Shown here: in pieces, positions 1 through 14,487 of the stretch
How the letters are laid out: each line of letters starts with the position of its first letter
Position numbering within the stretch: the stretch's first letter is position 1
Assembly: GCA_016748015.1 (NCBI GenBank)
Contig: JAAOMT010000617.1
Location: 124,001 to 188,000 of the forward strand
Length of the DNA: 64,000 nucleotides
Direction of reading: 5' to 3'
Origin: Geosiphon pyriformis uo1
Taxonomy: Eukaryota > Fungi > Glomeromycota
Made by a program: the position numbers and the translations under genes
Notes under the pieces: generated by a model
Databases searched by the model: none
What the model was told of the DNA's origin: nothing
What the model saw: the letters and a program-made list of their open reading frames with translations, nothing else

Positions 1-3000
1 GATGATGAAAGCAGTTTTCTTTCTGCTTTCTGGATCCATCTCTATTTGCCAGAATTCAGCAGTTAAGTCAATGGTTGAGAAGAAAGCAGCACCATGGAAT
101 TGGTCTAGCATTGCATCAATCTTGGGAAGTGGATACATGTCTCTTTCAGTAATAGTATTTAATTGGCAATAATCAACTCAAAAGCATAAAGTTCCTCCTT
201 TCTTGGATACCACTACAACTGGGAATGCCCATTCACTCTTGGTTTTCTGTATGAATCCAAGGGTTTTCATTTGGGTTATTTCCTTTTTGATAAACTCATC
301 ATTGTGCCGGTTGGATTAATAGGGCTTCAAATAGATGGGGCAAGTTTCTCTGGTGATGATAGTGTGTTGTATCACATGTGTACGTCTAGGAGGTTTACCT
401 TCTTTTGAGATAACTGGGTTGTTTCTAGCCAGCAGGTTTTCAATGTCTACTTTTCTTTCTTCTGGAGAGGGTTCTCTTTGTTCTACAACCAGTAATTGGA
501 TTTCAGGTGGTTCATTTTCAAAGGACTTTTGGACTTCTTTTATTTCCTCTCAGAGTATCAAGCTGATTGGTTCCCAATCTTTGTAATAGATTAGGCAGGA
601 CATGCATTCATTGCTAGGAGAATACAATGATTTGTCGCACCAGCACAGAGCACAAGGACCATGCTACCAATAACTGTATTTGGCTTTCTTGCCTGGCTTT
701 CTGTCAAAGGTTCTTCTGAGCATGTTATAATAAGGCCAGCAGATCAGCTTGCCATTAACAATGATTCCTTTTTTATCTGCCTTGACATTATCCAGTGGTT
801 TGCCATTGCTAGTGAAGATAGTATAAGTGAGTTCAACTGTTTCTTCTTGTTCTTCTTCTTCCTCACTTTCTTTATCATCTGATTCATCTGATTCATTTTC
901 TTCTGGGCTCTGCTTGGGTACTGGGGGAGTTGTCCAATGGCGACACTTAACCACAATGGGTTTCTCACCACATCTGATGGTTAGTTTACAGAGTTTATAA
1001 TCAAGCAAAGCCTTTGCTTTCTTGAGCCATTCATTGCCAACAATGATGGTGTATTCTTTTGCTTTAGACACTTCCATATCAGTTTCAATGCTAATGCCAT
1101 TGATGCGGACAGGAATAGCTTTGGCTATGCCAAGCCCTTTCTTCTTATTACCATGCACATTGGTCATTGGTCATGTGGATGGTTCATCAATTTTTCTGCC
1201 AATTGCTTCAAGAAAGTNNNNNNNNNNNNNNNNNNNNNNNNNNNNNNNNNNNNNNNNNNNNNNNNNNNNNNNNNNNNNNNNNNNNNNNNNNNNNNNNNNN
1301 NNNNNNNNNNNNNNNNNNNNNNNNNNNNNNNNNNNNNNNNNNNNNNNNNNNNNNNNNNNNNNNNNNNNNNNNNNNNNNNNNNNNNNNNNNNNNNNNNNNN
1401 NNNNNNNNNNNNNNNNNNNNNNNNNNNNNNNNNNNNNNNNNNNNNNNNNNNTTTGGCTTTTGGGGGCTCATTGTTGTCAGCAGTTGATGTAAAAGCTTTA
1501 TTAGGGTCTAGAACGAAATCAACTTTGGCTTTCTTCTTCTTTCTTGTGGATTCAGAGGGGTTGATTGCTAATTTATTCATGTCATGGTCATCATCAGTTA
1601 AGTTAAAAGCGAAAAAGAGGTTTTTTTTTGGTTGGTTTGCACTCTCACTCTTTGGAGGTGCGCCTATCAGTTTAAAGGCTGATAAACAATGGCTTTAACT
1701 AGGGGATCCTCTCCAAAGAAATTGATGTTGGCATGATTGGGTCTTTGGTTGGGCACATTGTTGTTGTTGATCCTGTTGTTCTGAGCATTATTGTTTCTGG
1801 GAACTGGTGGAGGCAGAGGAGGATTGTTGCAATCTCTTGAAAAGTGTCCAGTTAATCCACAGTGATAGCATACAGGTGGGCCATGATTTTGTTGTCTTTG
1901 ATAAGGTGGTTGCTGGGGCTGATTGAAGTGTGGTTCAAATCTGGGTCTTTGTAATTGCTGATTTTCTCTGACTGCTTGGGCTAAGGGTTCTAATAACCGG
2001 GCAAGATTTGCTGTGAGTCTGTCTATTAACTGTTTATTTGGATCTTGAGTGTGAGTGGCAAAAGAAGTAGCAGCCATTTGAGGGGCAGGAGCCATAATAG
2101 GAACAAGAGCAAAAACTGGTAGTGTGGATCCCAAGTGCATCCTTTGGTTATCTTCAATTTTTTGTGCTAATTTAATGATCATATCCATAGTGGGATTATT
2201 TTTCAGGGCCAAGAGGAGCCAAAGAGCATATGATAAATCAGTTCTCAATCCTTTTATGAAGGAGTGAATTTTCTGCTCTTCTGTCCAATTTCTTCCAGTG
2301 TCTACTCATTTGATTAACTTTCTGATTGCTTTGGCATATTTGGTTACAACTTCACCGGGATCTTGGGTTCTTTTTTCCAATTCTATATGCCATTTTGATA
2401 TTAATATTGGGGTTCTGAACTTGTTTTCAAACCGGGTAGTGAAAGAAGTGTTGATTTCTCCCATATTTGCTGGTGTCCATCTAATGATTCTTTGCTGGGC
2501 ATTGGCATCTGTTTCTTGTAAGAACCAGGTAGCAGGAGATCCTTGAAGGTAGCCACCAATAATTAGGAACTTGTACTTATCATTATATTGATTGGCTGTA
2601 GCGGCTCTTTCAAAGTCATTCAACCATTCAATTGGATCTTGTGCATCACCTCTAAATAATGGTATTGGGGTGTTGTTTCTTCACCCTAAAGCAGTTTGTA
2701 TACCTTGGAGGGCAGCCAGAATGTTTGCTTGCATGGGGTCATTAGCCATTGGTTTAGGAGTAACTGTTTGTGTAAACAAATCTGATTCGCTTGATAAAAG
2801 ATCAAAAACAGAGACAGTTTGGTAGCTTTCTTCTTCTGTTTCAAAGGAAGTTTCAGTTGCTTAATGGGCAGCAATCCAAATGTGGATTTGATGATTCAGA
2901 TATTCAAAATCAGGGGGCTGTTGTTTAAAGGTTGCAGAATATAAGAGCTGATTGATACTGTTGTTTCTTTCTTCAAAGTCGTTTTCAAAATAAACTTGGT

Positions 3001-3217
3001 CAAAATAATAGATTGTATAAGCTGTATAGGTTTCAGCTGAATGCTCGTTCAGGAACCAGTTCCAAAAGTCTTGGAATTGTCTACTGGATTGTTCTTTAAG
3101 GAAGAAGCAGATCAAGCAGGAGGGCAGAGGATTAAGTTCAATAAAACTTTGGTCATTTCTGTTGTGTGCTGCAAAGTGTTCTTCTGATTGCTGTAACAGA
3201 TATGAGTAATCACCCAT
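1..3217 (-). pseudogene. gag-pol of the Gypsy element, broken by stops and frameshifts and by an assembly gap
   Basis: Split among ORFs 2861-3217, 2306-2623, 1667-2248, 1164-1580 and 664-1167. In-frame stops include TALG*RNNTPIP, LIK*VD and LCF*VDY. Confidence 0.9.
1218..1451. other. Assembly gap (N run)
   Basis: Run of Ns in the region where the protease active site would be expected. Confidence 1.
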
Positions 3218-3246
3218 ACAATGAGGGAGTAAGTGAATTTTGACAA

Positions 3247-3263
3247 CCTCACAGGGAGCACCA
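3247..3263 (-). promoter_or_regulatory. Primer-binding site, tRNA-Ile(UAU)-like
   Basis: Minus strand TGGTGCTCCCTGTGAGG lies 6 nt inside the LTR end. It starts with TGG (complement of CCA) and resembles the complement of eukaryotic tRNA-Ile(TAT) 3' ends, as recalled. Confidence 0.75.
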
Positions 3264-3269
3264 CTTTTA

Positions 3270-4008
3270 TGTTACGGGTTGGAGTAACAAGCTAACGGAT
3301 AGCAAGGGAGAACAGTATTGTATGGTGATGGAAATAAACAAAGAAGGAATTACAATAAGGGAGCAAATTGAATAAGTAGGAATTCAATGTGCATGATCAG
3401 TCTCATAAAAATCACAGTCACTAATCTTTTCTTAAATCTGAAGGTAGAAGAATAGTCCGTGATTGTCAACAAGATAACACTGCTGCTATTATTCTATGTC
3501 TCAACTCAGCGATTCTTAGAATCAATAACAGGTATTGTTGTACTTTTCAATTGTTTCTTTATTCAATGAATTACAAGAGCAAGCCAATTGCTTCTCAGGC
3601 TAATTCTAACAAATACAAATCAAGAAAGGGAAAAGATAAGGTATGTGAATGCCAACAAGTAGATACTTGAAAATAAGGAAAGGGGAATAAGCGATTATAA
3701 GAGGAAGTAATTGATATTGTTTTATTTTGTTACTTTGATCATGTCTTTCTACAGCTAAGGGAATCATTGCTTATATAGCTATCTAAAGTGGTCAATGACC
3801 AAGTCAACGATCAGGTCAATGATCAGGTTAATGATTAGGTCAATGATCAGGTCATTGATCAGGTCAATGATTAGGTCAATGATCAGGTCAACAGTCAGGT
3901 CATTGATCAGATCAACGATCACTATCTAAAAATAGGGTGGCTAATTATATGACATCAGTGGCTAATACATGTAATAATTAATAAAAACTATGTGTTTCAA
4001 CCATAACA
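3270..4008 (-). repeat. 5' LTR (about 739 bp)
   Basis: TG...CA ends with an imperfect inverted repeat (TGTTACGGGTTG at 3270, CAACCATAACA ending at 4008). It is adjacent to the PBS and has a TATA-like TATATAAG (minus strand) near 3770-3777. Confidence 0.8.
3790..3921. repeat. 12-bp tandem repeat, consensus GGTCAATGATCA, 11 copies, in the LTR U3 region
   Basis: Units read directly: ggtcaatgacca, agtcaacgatca, ggtcaatgatca, ggttaatgatta ... gatcaacgatca. Confidence 0.95.
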
Positions 4009-4017
4009 ATATAAAGA

Positions 4018-4776
4018 ACAGAGATTCAATTGATGGTTTTTTTCTATGAATTTTTTTTTAATATGATAGCCAGTTTATTCTGCCAATTATGTTTTTCTAA
4101 TAAGATATCTTTAAGTTTTCTACTTTTGTTCTTGGGTTTTTTATTAGGTTATTCTTAACATCAATTACTTAGCACTTAATTTTTTTAATCAATTAATAAA
4201 CAACAAAGAAAACAAAATAAAAAATTAGTATTCTATTAATAGTTATGATTAAAAGCTATTAGTTTAGTGTAATTAAGTATCAAATTTTATTAATATAGTG
4301 TTACAAATGATTATTTGGGGTCTCAAATCAAATAACAAACCCATAACTTAGTGCTTAATAGCTGGTATAAATGTTAATATCTGAAGATTTTTGTTGTTTG
4401 AAGGTTTTGGTTAAGTTCTTTGTATAATAGACAGAGATTCAAGTGTTGTTTTATCTGTTACTTCCTGGAATTGCAATTCTATCAAATTTTTTTCTTAATG
4501 TAATGGCCAGTAATTCTTTTAGTAAGCTATCCTTAATTCTTGAGTGTTCTACCTTTATTCTTGGGTTTTTTACTAGTTATTTTAATGTTAATAACTTTGT
4601 ATGTTTAATCTTTAATTAATTAATAAATAATAACAAAACAAAAGAAAAGAAAGAAAAGAAAATAAAATAAAGAAATAAGCCAAGGCAAAAAAAAATTAAT
4701 ATCTTATCAATAGCTGTGATTAAGAGCTATTGTTCTAGTATAATTAAGTATTAGATACTATCAACATAAAGTGTTA
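4018..4776. repeat. Diverged direct repeat pair (about 4018-4303 and 4431-4776), probably TE debris
   Basis: Shared anchors occur in the same order: acagagattcaa; ttcttgggtttttt; aatagytrtgattaaragctatt; aattaagtat. Confidence 0.7.
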
Positions 4777-4809
4777 ATAGTAAGGAAAGTGATTTAGATG
4801 ATAAATAAT

Positions 4810-5935
4810 TATTTATTAATATTAATGATTTTAACTAAGATGTTTTTACCAAGAGATCTTGGTATTAATTCTGTTTTTTCTGTTTCTAACACTCTTGCTA
4901 TATATACATAATTTGAGTTTTATGAAATTACTCATATTCTTAAGCGATGTATTATAATTACTCAAGCAATATGTTTATGTGTTAGCTACTATTCTCCTAT
5001 TGGTTTATTTGTTTTTTTACTATTTTCTTGTATGCTTTTTCTATAAATAACAATAATTTGTAAATAAAGCATTAATTGGGAATATAGATTGAAATAATAT
5101 TGTAACAGTTTAGCATTCAGACTTATATATGCTTTTAGAGTTTATAAGCAAAGCTTCAATTACTCTTTACACATACTTAATAAAAACAGTTTATAAGAGA
5201 CTGCCAGTTGTTATTAAAAAGAAACTTTATAATAAAGAGTACTTGGAAGTATTATGTTTAATGTGTAATAATATCAAACTATTTGATTATGTTTTTATCT
5301 GTTTAAAAAAAGTTGTGATATATTCTGAGATATTATTAAAACAAATTGAATTGTAAAAATTTATGGTAAATAATTGTTCTCTGTTATTGTTTTCAGTATT
5401 GTGCACTCTTTTTTTGAAGATATTAAATATTGGTATTTATGTGGTTTTGTGCAAAAATTTTGTGTTTAGAGATTAAGTAGATAAAACAATTTTATTTTTT
5501 GGTAACAAAAAAAAAGTTGTATTAATAGTAATTGATTTTGCTTACTGTTTAGCTAAAAAGTATTAAAGTAAATTGTGGTTGTTTAAAGTAAAATTCAAAG
5601 TAAACATAAAGAAAAGTGGTCTAATCTGTAATATAGAGGTGGTTTTTACTGCTTTTTGTAATTTGTCTGGTCATCTGTTAATGAAAGTTGTTTATTTACT
5701 TGGTATTGTTGAGTTATTTTTTATTAGTTTTGGTTTGCATAAAGCTTGTTCTTTTTTTTCAGATATTTACAATAGTACAAGAGTATATATAAATATGTAA
5801 TATTGTCTTAATTGGTCTAAGTAGCCAGTTATATATAGTAAGCATATAAATCATATTTAATTAGATTTACTTAATTTGTTTCTGTATATTAAATAGTAGT
5901 TAGACTGTACTCATTAAAACTAAATAAAAAAAATA
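4810..5935 (+). mobile_element. Decayed non-LTR (LINE-like) retrotransposon 3' end
   Basis: ORF 5129-5356 (YKRLPVVIKKKLYNKEYLEVLCLMCNNIKLFDYVFIC) resembles the C-terminal CxxC...H...C zinc finger of LINE ORF2. The stretch ends in an A-rich tail near 5925-5935, and a similar 3' end recurs near 21950-22100. Confidence 0.6.
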
Positions 5936-6520
5936 ATTATTTAATTATTTAAATAAATAAAATAAAATAAATTTAATAAATAAGTGGTTAATTATATATA
6001 ATTATATATAATTTAAGTTTAATATATAATAATAAAATTATATAAAATAATTTTATATTTTTTAAAATTAATGTATTTTTTTATTTAATTGTAAAAATTA
6101 AATACAACATAATTATTGATAATACAATCAAATAATTTTTAAAAAATATAAAATAATTCATAAATAAATTGCAACAAATATTATATATTAATTTTATATT
6201 ATCAAAACTAAAAATTTCAATATAAAAATTTTAACCAATTGTTTTGTTTAAACATTATCTTATAAATAAAAGCAATTTATGTTGATTTGTTATATTAATT
6301 AGGTATTTAATATTTTAAAAAACAATATTAGGTTTTAATATATTTTAAATTGGGCATAACATAAAGATTGTCAAATTTTAGTTTAAGAAACTTGATGGAT
6401 GATCAATTTGTGCATACTATTTCTGGTAAACTAAGATGGATGTACAACCCACAGTTCATTAATTCATACCTCGCTCCATTAAATATTGAATGCTCTTTCT
6501 ACACCAATCGTGAGTCACCT

Positions 6521-8178
<1,658 letters not shown>

Positions 8179-8648
8179 AATGATTTGAGTTTTGCTTTAA
8201 TTTTACGTATGAAATAAAAAATGCGAGAGAAATTGACTTTTGAGCAAAGAAGCTGGGAGAGTTGTTGAAGTTAGGTCTTGTAAAAACTTAATATATTCCC
8301 CAATGTCAAATTGTCACATTAGAGCTGCAGATATGGTAGTTAATTAGCCCAGAGATTAATCAACCGATGACTGTGATAAAACAATAATTCAGCACAACAG
8401 ATTTCTTCGAATGTGCCTGCTGTCACTGCTTCTCCATGAATTCACTAAAGGGCGTAAGGGAAATAAGATTTTATTTCTGTCAGGTGAATCATCTTTTGAT
8501 TGCACAATAACATCAAGTGTCACTAAATTAGATCTTGTGACAATTATGGTAGCGGATAGTAAAGTATGGATCAGAATTAAAATAAATAAGCGCTATCAGA
8601 TTCACACTGATTTTTGGGATAAAGACCAAATGACCTTTATAAAAATTT

Positions 8649-11600
8649 TTAACATCTTTTATTAGACATCCCTCTTTGCATTTTCAATTTATTCCATAGA
8701 TGAAGTTGCTTCTTGATCCATGAATTATATCGTGGGGCTCTTAGAATCAGTCTACGACATCGTGGGCATTTCCAGAGTTCCGGGGATGGGGGATCATCTA
8801 GAATTTAAAAATGGAAGATATTTATGATTAAGTTAATATAAATTGAGAAATCAAAATGATTGAGAAAGCAAAATACCGTCGAAGACCACTTGAGTGTGGA
8901 AATAGTGATCTAATGCTTTTAGGTCGAACACTAGAAATAACGTTTAAATTATTACTGAATGGGAAGGGGCCTATTGAAATTTGTAGCATATTATCACGAT
9001 AATATTTACCACATGTGCAATCAGGCAGAATATAAGTGTATTGGTGCCTCTCAAAATCTTTCAATGACTTAAAGGTAAGGCTACATTGCATATCTGGATT
9101 ACACTTGACGCAAGGAGGGCAAGGCTCTCCACAAAGCCCATTGCAATCATGTCTGGAGGATAATAGTGATGATTAAAAGTCTGGTAGAAAGTTATTAAAA
9201 GTCATAATATCAAACAATTATTCACCTGCAAGCAAGTTTCTTTGTACAAACAAGATTGCACGGAAGTCTTGTGCAAATCTCATCACATTTTTGTAAGCAT
9301 TGCATATGGTCACATTTCCAATTGCACGGGTCTTCACAAAAGTCACAGATCGAGCCACACTTGCCCTTGCATTGTTTATCATGAAGGCAAGTCTTAAGGC
9401 AAGGGTACTGGCAAACATTTGACTCCCCAAAATTCACTGGATGTCCGCAGATCGGCTGCCGGTTTTTTTTACAAGAATAGAGTTGGCAATCTTCGAGTTG
9501 ACTCTGTAATGCCTACAGATTATTGAAGTCAAAGATTGAAACCCATTTGGATCAGAATAATGAATGGGAATATATCCACAGCATCTTCTTTAATTTTAAG
9601 CGACTGTAGCCTAGTTCGAATGCTGAATTAGAGAACCATCAATAAATGTCGGAAATTTCTCTTTGGAAATGTCGATGATCACTTAAAAATAAATATTTTG
9701 AAGTTTTTTTTTCTTTAAACTTTTTTGGCAATATGAAAGATATCGAAATCATTTACAACTTTTGATTATTTACCGTTTGCGATTTTCCGTCGCATGAAAT
9801 AGTGGTTTTATGTCCACAACTATTTGTAATTTCAACAAGAGCGTTACAAGGTACACTGGATATGTCTTGAGGTATCTCGGAACAAATAAAGTCTTTGGAG
9901 TGTCCGCAGGGTAAGGTTACCACAATCACAGCTTTGCAAGCCTCACATTCCCCAATCTCTTGACACTCAAAGCATTGCCTCGAACAAGGGTGGATACACA
10001 TTTGGGGACGACGGCGGGCACAAGGCTTTTTGCAAACTATGAAAACAAGGATAAACATAAGAATTTTATTATGTTAAAAATGACTTAATAAATCAAACAA
10101 CACATACTAAATTTTTGTCGTAGTTCATTTCCATGTTTGATGGGGTGACACTTGCTAGGGCAGCGGTGACCACAGAATAATCTTGAATCACACTCAACCT
10201 ATATATTCGATGAGCAAATAAAATAAATTAGAGAGAAAAAATTGGGTTTATTATAGAAAATATAAATTACACTGCAACCGCCATCTGGAGTATATAATTC
10301 AAAATCACTGGCAGATTTCACTTTTCGAATTTTGTTCACTAGCATATCAAATTTCTGCGGATCAGTAAGACATTTCCGAGGAAGCTTCCTAAAACCGTGT
10401 CGTTGACAGAGAATAGATATGCTGTCACCGTAATGTCCTAAAAAAGTATTAGTTAAACGTGATTAAAAAAAAAAGAGAATCAAGACGAGGAGATTTGGTG
10501 ATTACCTTGTTCTTTCAACCCATTCAGTACCATTCTCCAACTTTCACTCTGCATAAGAATATCCCCATTTCCAATAATATATAAACCATATTTTGCCCGA
10601 GAAATTGCAAGCTTTACAAGAGTTTCCAAGCCAATGAATTCTAACCACTCTTTTTGAAAACGTGGGCTAGGAGAGGACAGAGATAATATTACAATTTCTG
10701 CTTGTTTTCCCACATATTCCTCGATCGTCTTTACTTGCACTTTTCCGATTTTCACCTCTTCTTTGATTCCCCATTCGTTTTTCTTAGCTTCAATTACATC
10801 GCTCTTCAAACAAGGGTCAAGTTTCTGTAATATCAATGTTTTTTGTTGCACATAGGGCGTCAGGATAGTCGTATTCTGACAAACAAAATTGTCTTGCTGG
10901 GAAAGATATAATGCCAAATGGGCAGAAAATTCTGCTTCAAAGGGATTTTTCCCGTTAAAAGCCAATGGCTCGTGATGGAAATGGAGGTCTTGACATAAGG
11001 CCTCATATTCTTTGTCATAATTTTCATGAGTCATAAACTGTATATTGTAGGCCATCCCAAGAACGTTCTTCAAATTTCTCAAATCTTGATGGTCATTTAT
11101 GATTGAGCTTTTAATGGTTGAACCGAGAGGTGAATGGTAGTATCCCCTAAGAGCATTGTAGATCTCTGGGCGGATTAATGTGTTTGTCGAAAGACTATAA
11201 TAAGAGCCATTTCGACGTAACCAGCGCTCAAAGAAGGATATATGGGTCCCAAACTGCGCTGCGATGTCACTTTGTGGTGTGGGGCCATACCGAATGAAAT
11301 CACTAATCATTAAGAGGTGCTCCAGCCGAGGAGAGGATAGACAAGGAGCTAAGACGGCTTCAGGTATTTCGCAAGCTTCATTTACTATACATACCCGCGG
11401 CGACAAAGTCTGAATCAAGTTGAGATGTGTAGAAGCATAATGAATTGTCATTCCAATTAAAGGACTGTACCGAGTAATTTCACCCCATCGCAGTTCTCGA
11501 ATATATTCCAGTTGTTTTTCCAGAGAAGAAAGCTCTTGCATTGTATGTTTAATGTCGTTTAATATATAGTCCGTAACTATCCTTTGATATCTTTCCCGAT

Positions 11601-14487
11601 TCCTCTTTCTTCGAGAGGAGTCTAACTTCCAAATATCGACGTCGTCACCAGCATTGAATTCACCCCCAGTATTGCGCCACATTTGATTTACAGTACGAGA
11701 GATATCACTAGGCAATAAATGAGGCAGCTCGAGTGAGGTTTGATGAGATCGATCGACCACATCAGAATCTTCGTCATCAAACTCTTTGTTAATTATTCGT
11801 TCTTGAAAGCTGCTCATATTACACATTTCATAGATAGGGCCTTTATTATAGGCTGTCGTACTGGGAGCAGTTATTGTAACCTCATGATCTAACGATTCTT
11901 GAGCTCCATCACTTATCCATTTTCTATAAATAGGTTGAATAATTTCCTCGTTCATGTCATTATTATTCTTTCTTCCTCTCAAGAACTGTTCGCGGATATC
12001 TGTGGGAGAGTTATTGACGAATGATTCGTCGGTAAAAATGATTTCTCGAATTCTAAATAAATTTTCTAAATGATCCTTATATTTATTGATGTTTTTTTTG
12101 GCTTCTCTTAAATCACGGTGGATTTGTGATTTTCTGATATTTTGGCCAGCAAGTGCATTGACTTGGCAACCTTTTAAACTCTCAGGGACGTTCTGAGGAG
12201 GACCAATTCGGACTAGATTTGGAATGAATTCGATAACGCTTTCAAGGATCTCGTTCAAGGCATCGGCAGTCCGAGTTATTAGTAGAATTGGTTCATGTAA
12301 ACGTCGATTCTGGTAACATTGATAGATGAGATTAATGGCATTTGACACAAATTCTACTTGCGGGGTACCTGTGTAGAGAAACGGAAATTTTCTATTTATT
12401 AATGACTAATTCAACTAGAAGTTTTTAGAATTTCAGAGCGCAAAGAATAAAGTCCTACCAAGGGGAGTTAGAGTAACCGATATTTTGTGCCGAAATATGT
12501 TTTGAAGGGCACGGAAATACTCAGCATCAATAATATACCTCTTATGATTGTAATCTGGCCAGTCAAATATTGGTACAATTGTATTGGACCTATTGAGAGG
12601 CATAATCTTAGCAAGATTAATGCTTGCTCCTTCGAGATATTCCGGAGCTGTTCCAATCCGAGGACAAATTAAGATTTCTTTTGCTAAAGGATATCGTGGA
12701 GCCAATGATCTTTCGTTTATCCAATCGATATTTTGTTTTATCGACGGAAAGTGAACATTAGAAGAGAACATAATATATTCCCGTTTGAGATCTAACTTTT
12801 CCAATTGATCTAGAGTAAAATTTAATCCAATAATAGAATCAGCAATTTTTGTTGGAATCAGTTCGGCGAAATTGTAGTGCTCTACAGTGCCTGTTATCAT
12901 AGTTGATAGATCAATCGACTTTTTCGAATTTTTATCCTGGGAATAAATCAAGAACAGGACCACAAAAGATCCTGGCCACAAATTTTCACCCCGAGTCCAA
13001 TCCAAATGGGGGTAATTTGGACGGAATGACATTTTTAATATCAATCGTCCACTTGAATCGACATTTGCGTACTTGAATTTAACCCCTTGATAATATACAT
13101 GCGGACCCATCGGACTTGTTGATTTTTCAAAGGGAGTAGTACGCCATTGAGAGGCTGCATCCTGGATAGGTTGAATTAATTCAGCACACAAGTAATGATA
13201 ATGAAGATAATGATAGATATCCTCCATGTCTTTTGACCAATCAAGATCGTAGACAGGGGGAGAAATAAGTTCAAATTTCGAATTGAACAGCTCGTGGAAT
13301 TTGGGCCTTTCTTTTTGCATCTTTTCTCGAATTATAATCATCCATTCAGCTAACGGAGGTTGATTCAGCAATCTCGCATCAAAGGGTAGAAGTCGCTCAG
13401 AGGATGCTTGAATTTTTTGAATAGAATTTATTAAGAGCGTTACTTCTTTTGTTGGCTGAGATTTAAGTGAGTATAAAGCATTGGTAATCTCAACTAGTGG
13501 GATGAGCAATCCACATTCGTTTTTTATACGGCACATAGCTTCGTAAGAACGAATTATTGGAAAAATTTTCTGAGGTGAATCTACATAATTCCTAAGATAA
13601 CCAATTGTTTTCCCAGACCAACCACGTTTGCTGTAAATCTTACTTATAATCTTTGCGACTGGACGAAATGTAGAATACTTTCCAAGAAGAATCTCTGGAG
13701 ATGCAAGGAGCTTAAAGAAGCACTCAATGGTTTCCCATTTATATCGAGTGTAGCACCCAATAATAAGTTCTACATCATTATGAAATGATCGAAGCCATTG
13801 ATCTTGAGGAGATTTTAAAATAGAACAAAGGAGTTTTGCGGCTTGAGCTTCTTCTTCATAATTCTGATCTTTTTCCTCTATTATATTTACTATAGCGTAG
13901 TTATATTTTGCCGGCATGCAATAACGCTTTGGGCACCGTGACTTTTCTGGTAATGGATTGGCCGAGCCGTCTGGATTTGACCAATAAAGAGATTCACCAG
14001 CTACCAACTGATGCTGATTGATTCCACATTCATCTGCTTCAAAGCTTGAGGGGTCGCTGCATTCACTAATTGTATCTTCTTTTTCTAACTTCATGAAGGT
14101 AAAGGTTTCCATAAAGTCATCCTTGTCCCATTTCGGGTTAAAATCAATATGACCTTTATCGTTGCTTGTGTTGTTATACTTTTCAGATTTTACCCATTCA
14201 ACAGGCACATCGGTGTCAGTGAACCACAATTTGGACGCAACTTTTGCGAAAGCATCAAATTTTTGAGAGGAAACCTCAGACAATGTCTTAAAAACTTCTG
14301 GTACTTTATCCTTCTTTTTGTTTTGATTAGGGTTAGCCGCTGTGACTGGGACGAGGGGGTGCGGTAAAGGATACAGTTTCCCGGGCGGAGGCTTTTGAAG
14401 TTCTTGAGTAGGCCCAAAGCCCTCGTCTTCCTCCCAACCGCCTAATTCCTCTGCTTTACCTTTCCCCTTGTTGTTTGTATTTGACAT
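8649..14487 (-). CDS. ZNFX1/NFX1-type zinc-finger UPF1-like SF1 helicase homolog (Hrr1/SAD-3-like family) with degenerate ATPase motifs
   Basis: Exon 1 12459-14487, exon 2 10506-12368, then small exons. Helicase motifs include LVRIG, LIGMT, SFFERW, ILTPYVQQ, VKTIEEYVGKQAEIVILSL and AISRAKYGLYIIGN. These are followed by PDGGC, Cys/His-rich NFX1-like repeats (LFCGHRCPSKCH, LPCGH) and a C-terminal CPRCRRLILRAPRY. Stop at 8649-8651. Confidence 0.85.

Larger units (their letters stand above)
1..4008 (-). mobile_element. Degenerate Ty3/Gypsy LTR retrotransposon, 5' half (continues beyond the window start)
   Basis: Minus-strand order is LTR, PBS, gag (Zn knuckle CYHCGLTGHFSRDC in ORF 1667-2248), retropepsin-like region (IIVGNEWLKKAKALLD in ORF 664-1167), then RT (EWAFPVVVVSKKGGTLCF*VDYCQLNTITERDMYPLPKIDAMLDQF...FSTIDL...FWQI at 1-240). 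Protease followed by RT is the Ty3/Gypsy order. Confidence 0.95.

Noticed and set aside
335-2825. Plus-strand ORFs over the retroelement, and the short antisense ORFs over the helicase, Sel1, P450, NSUN and DUF262 genes
   Set aside because: Shadow ORFs of the real coding strand with no independent support.
3790-3921. CRISPR-like array
   Set aside because: Contiguous 12-bp units with no unique spacers, located inside a eukaryotic LTR.
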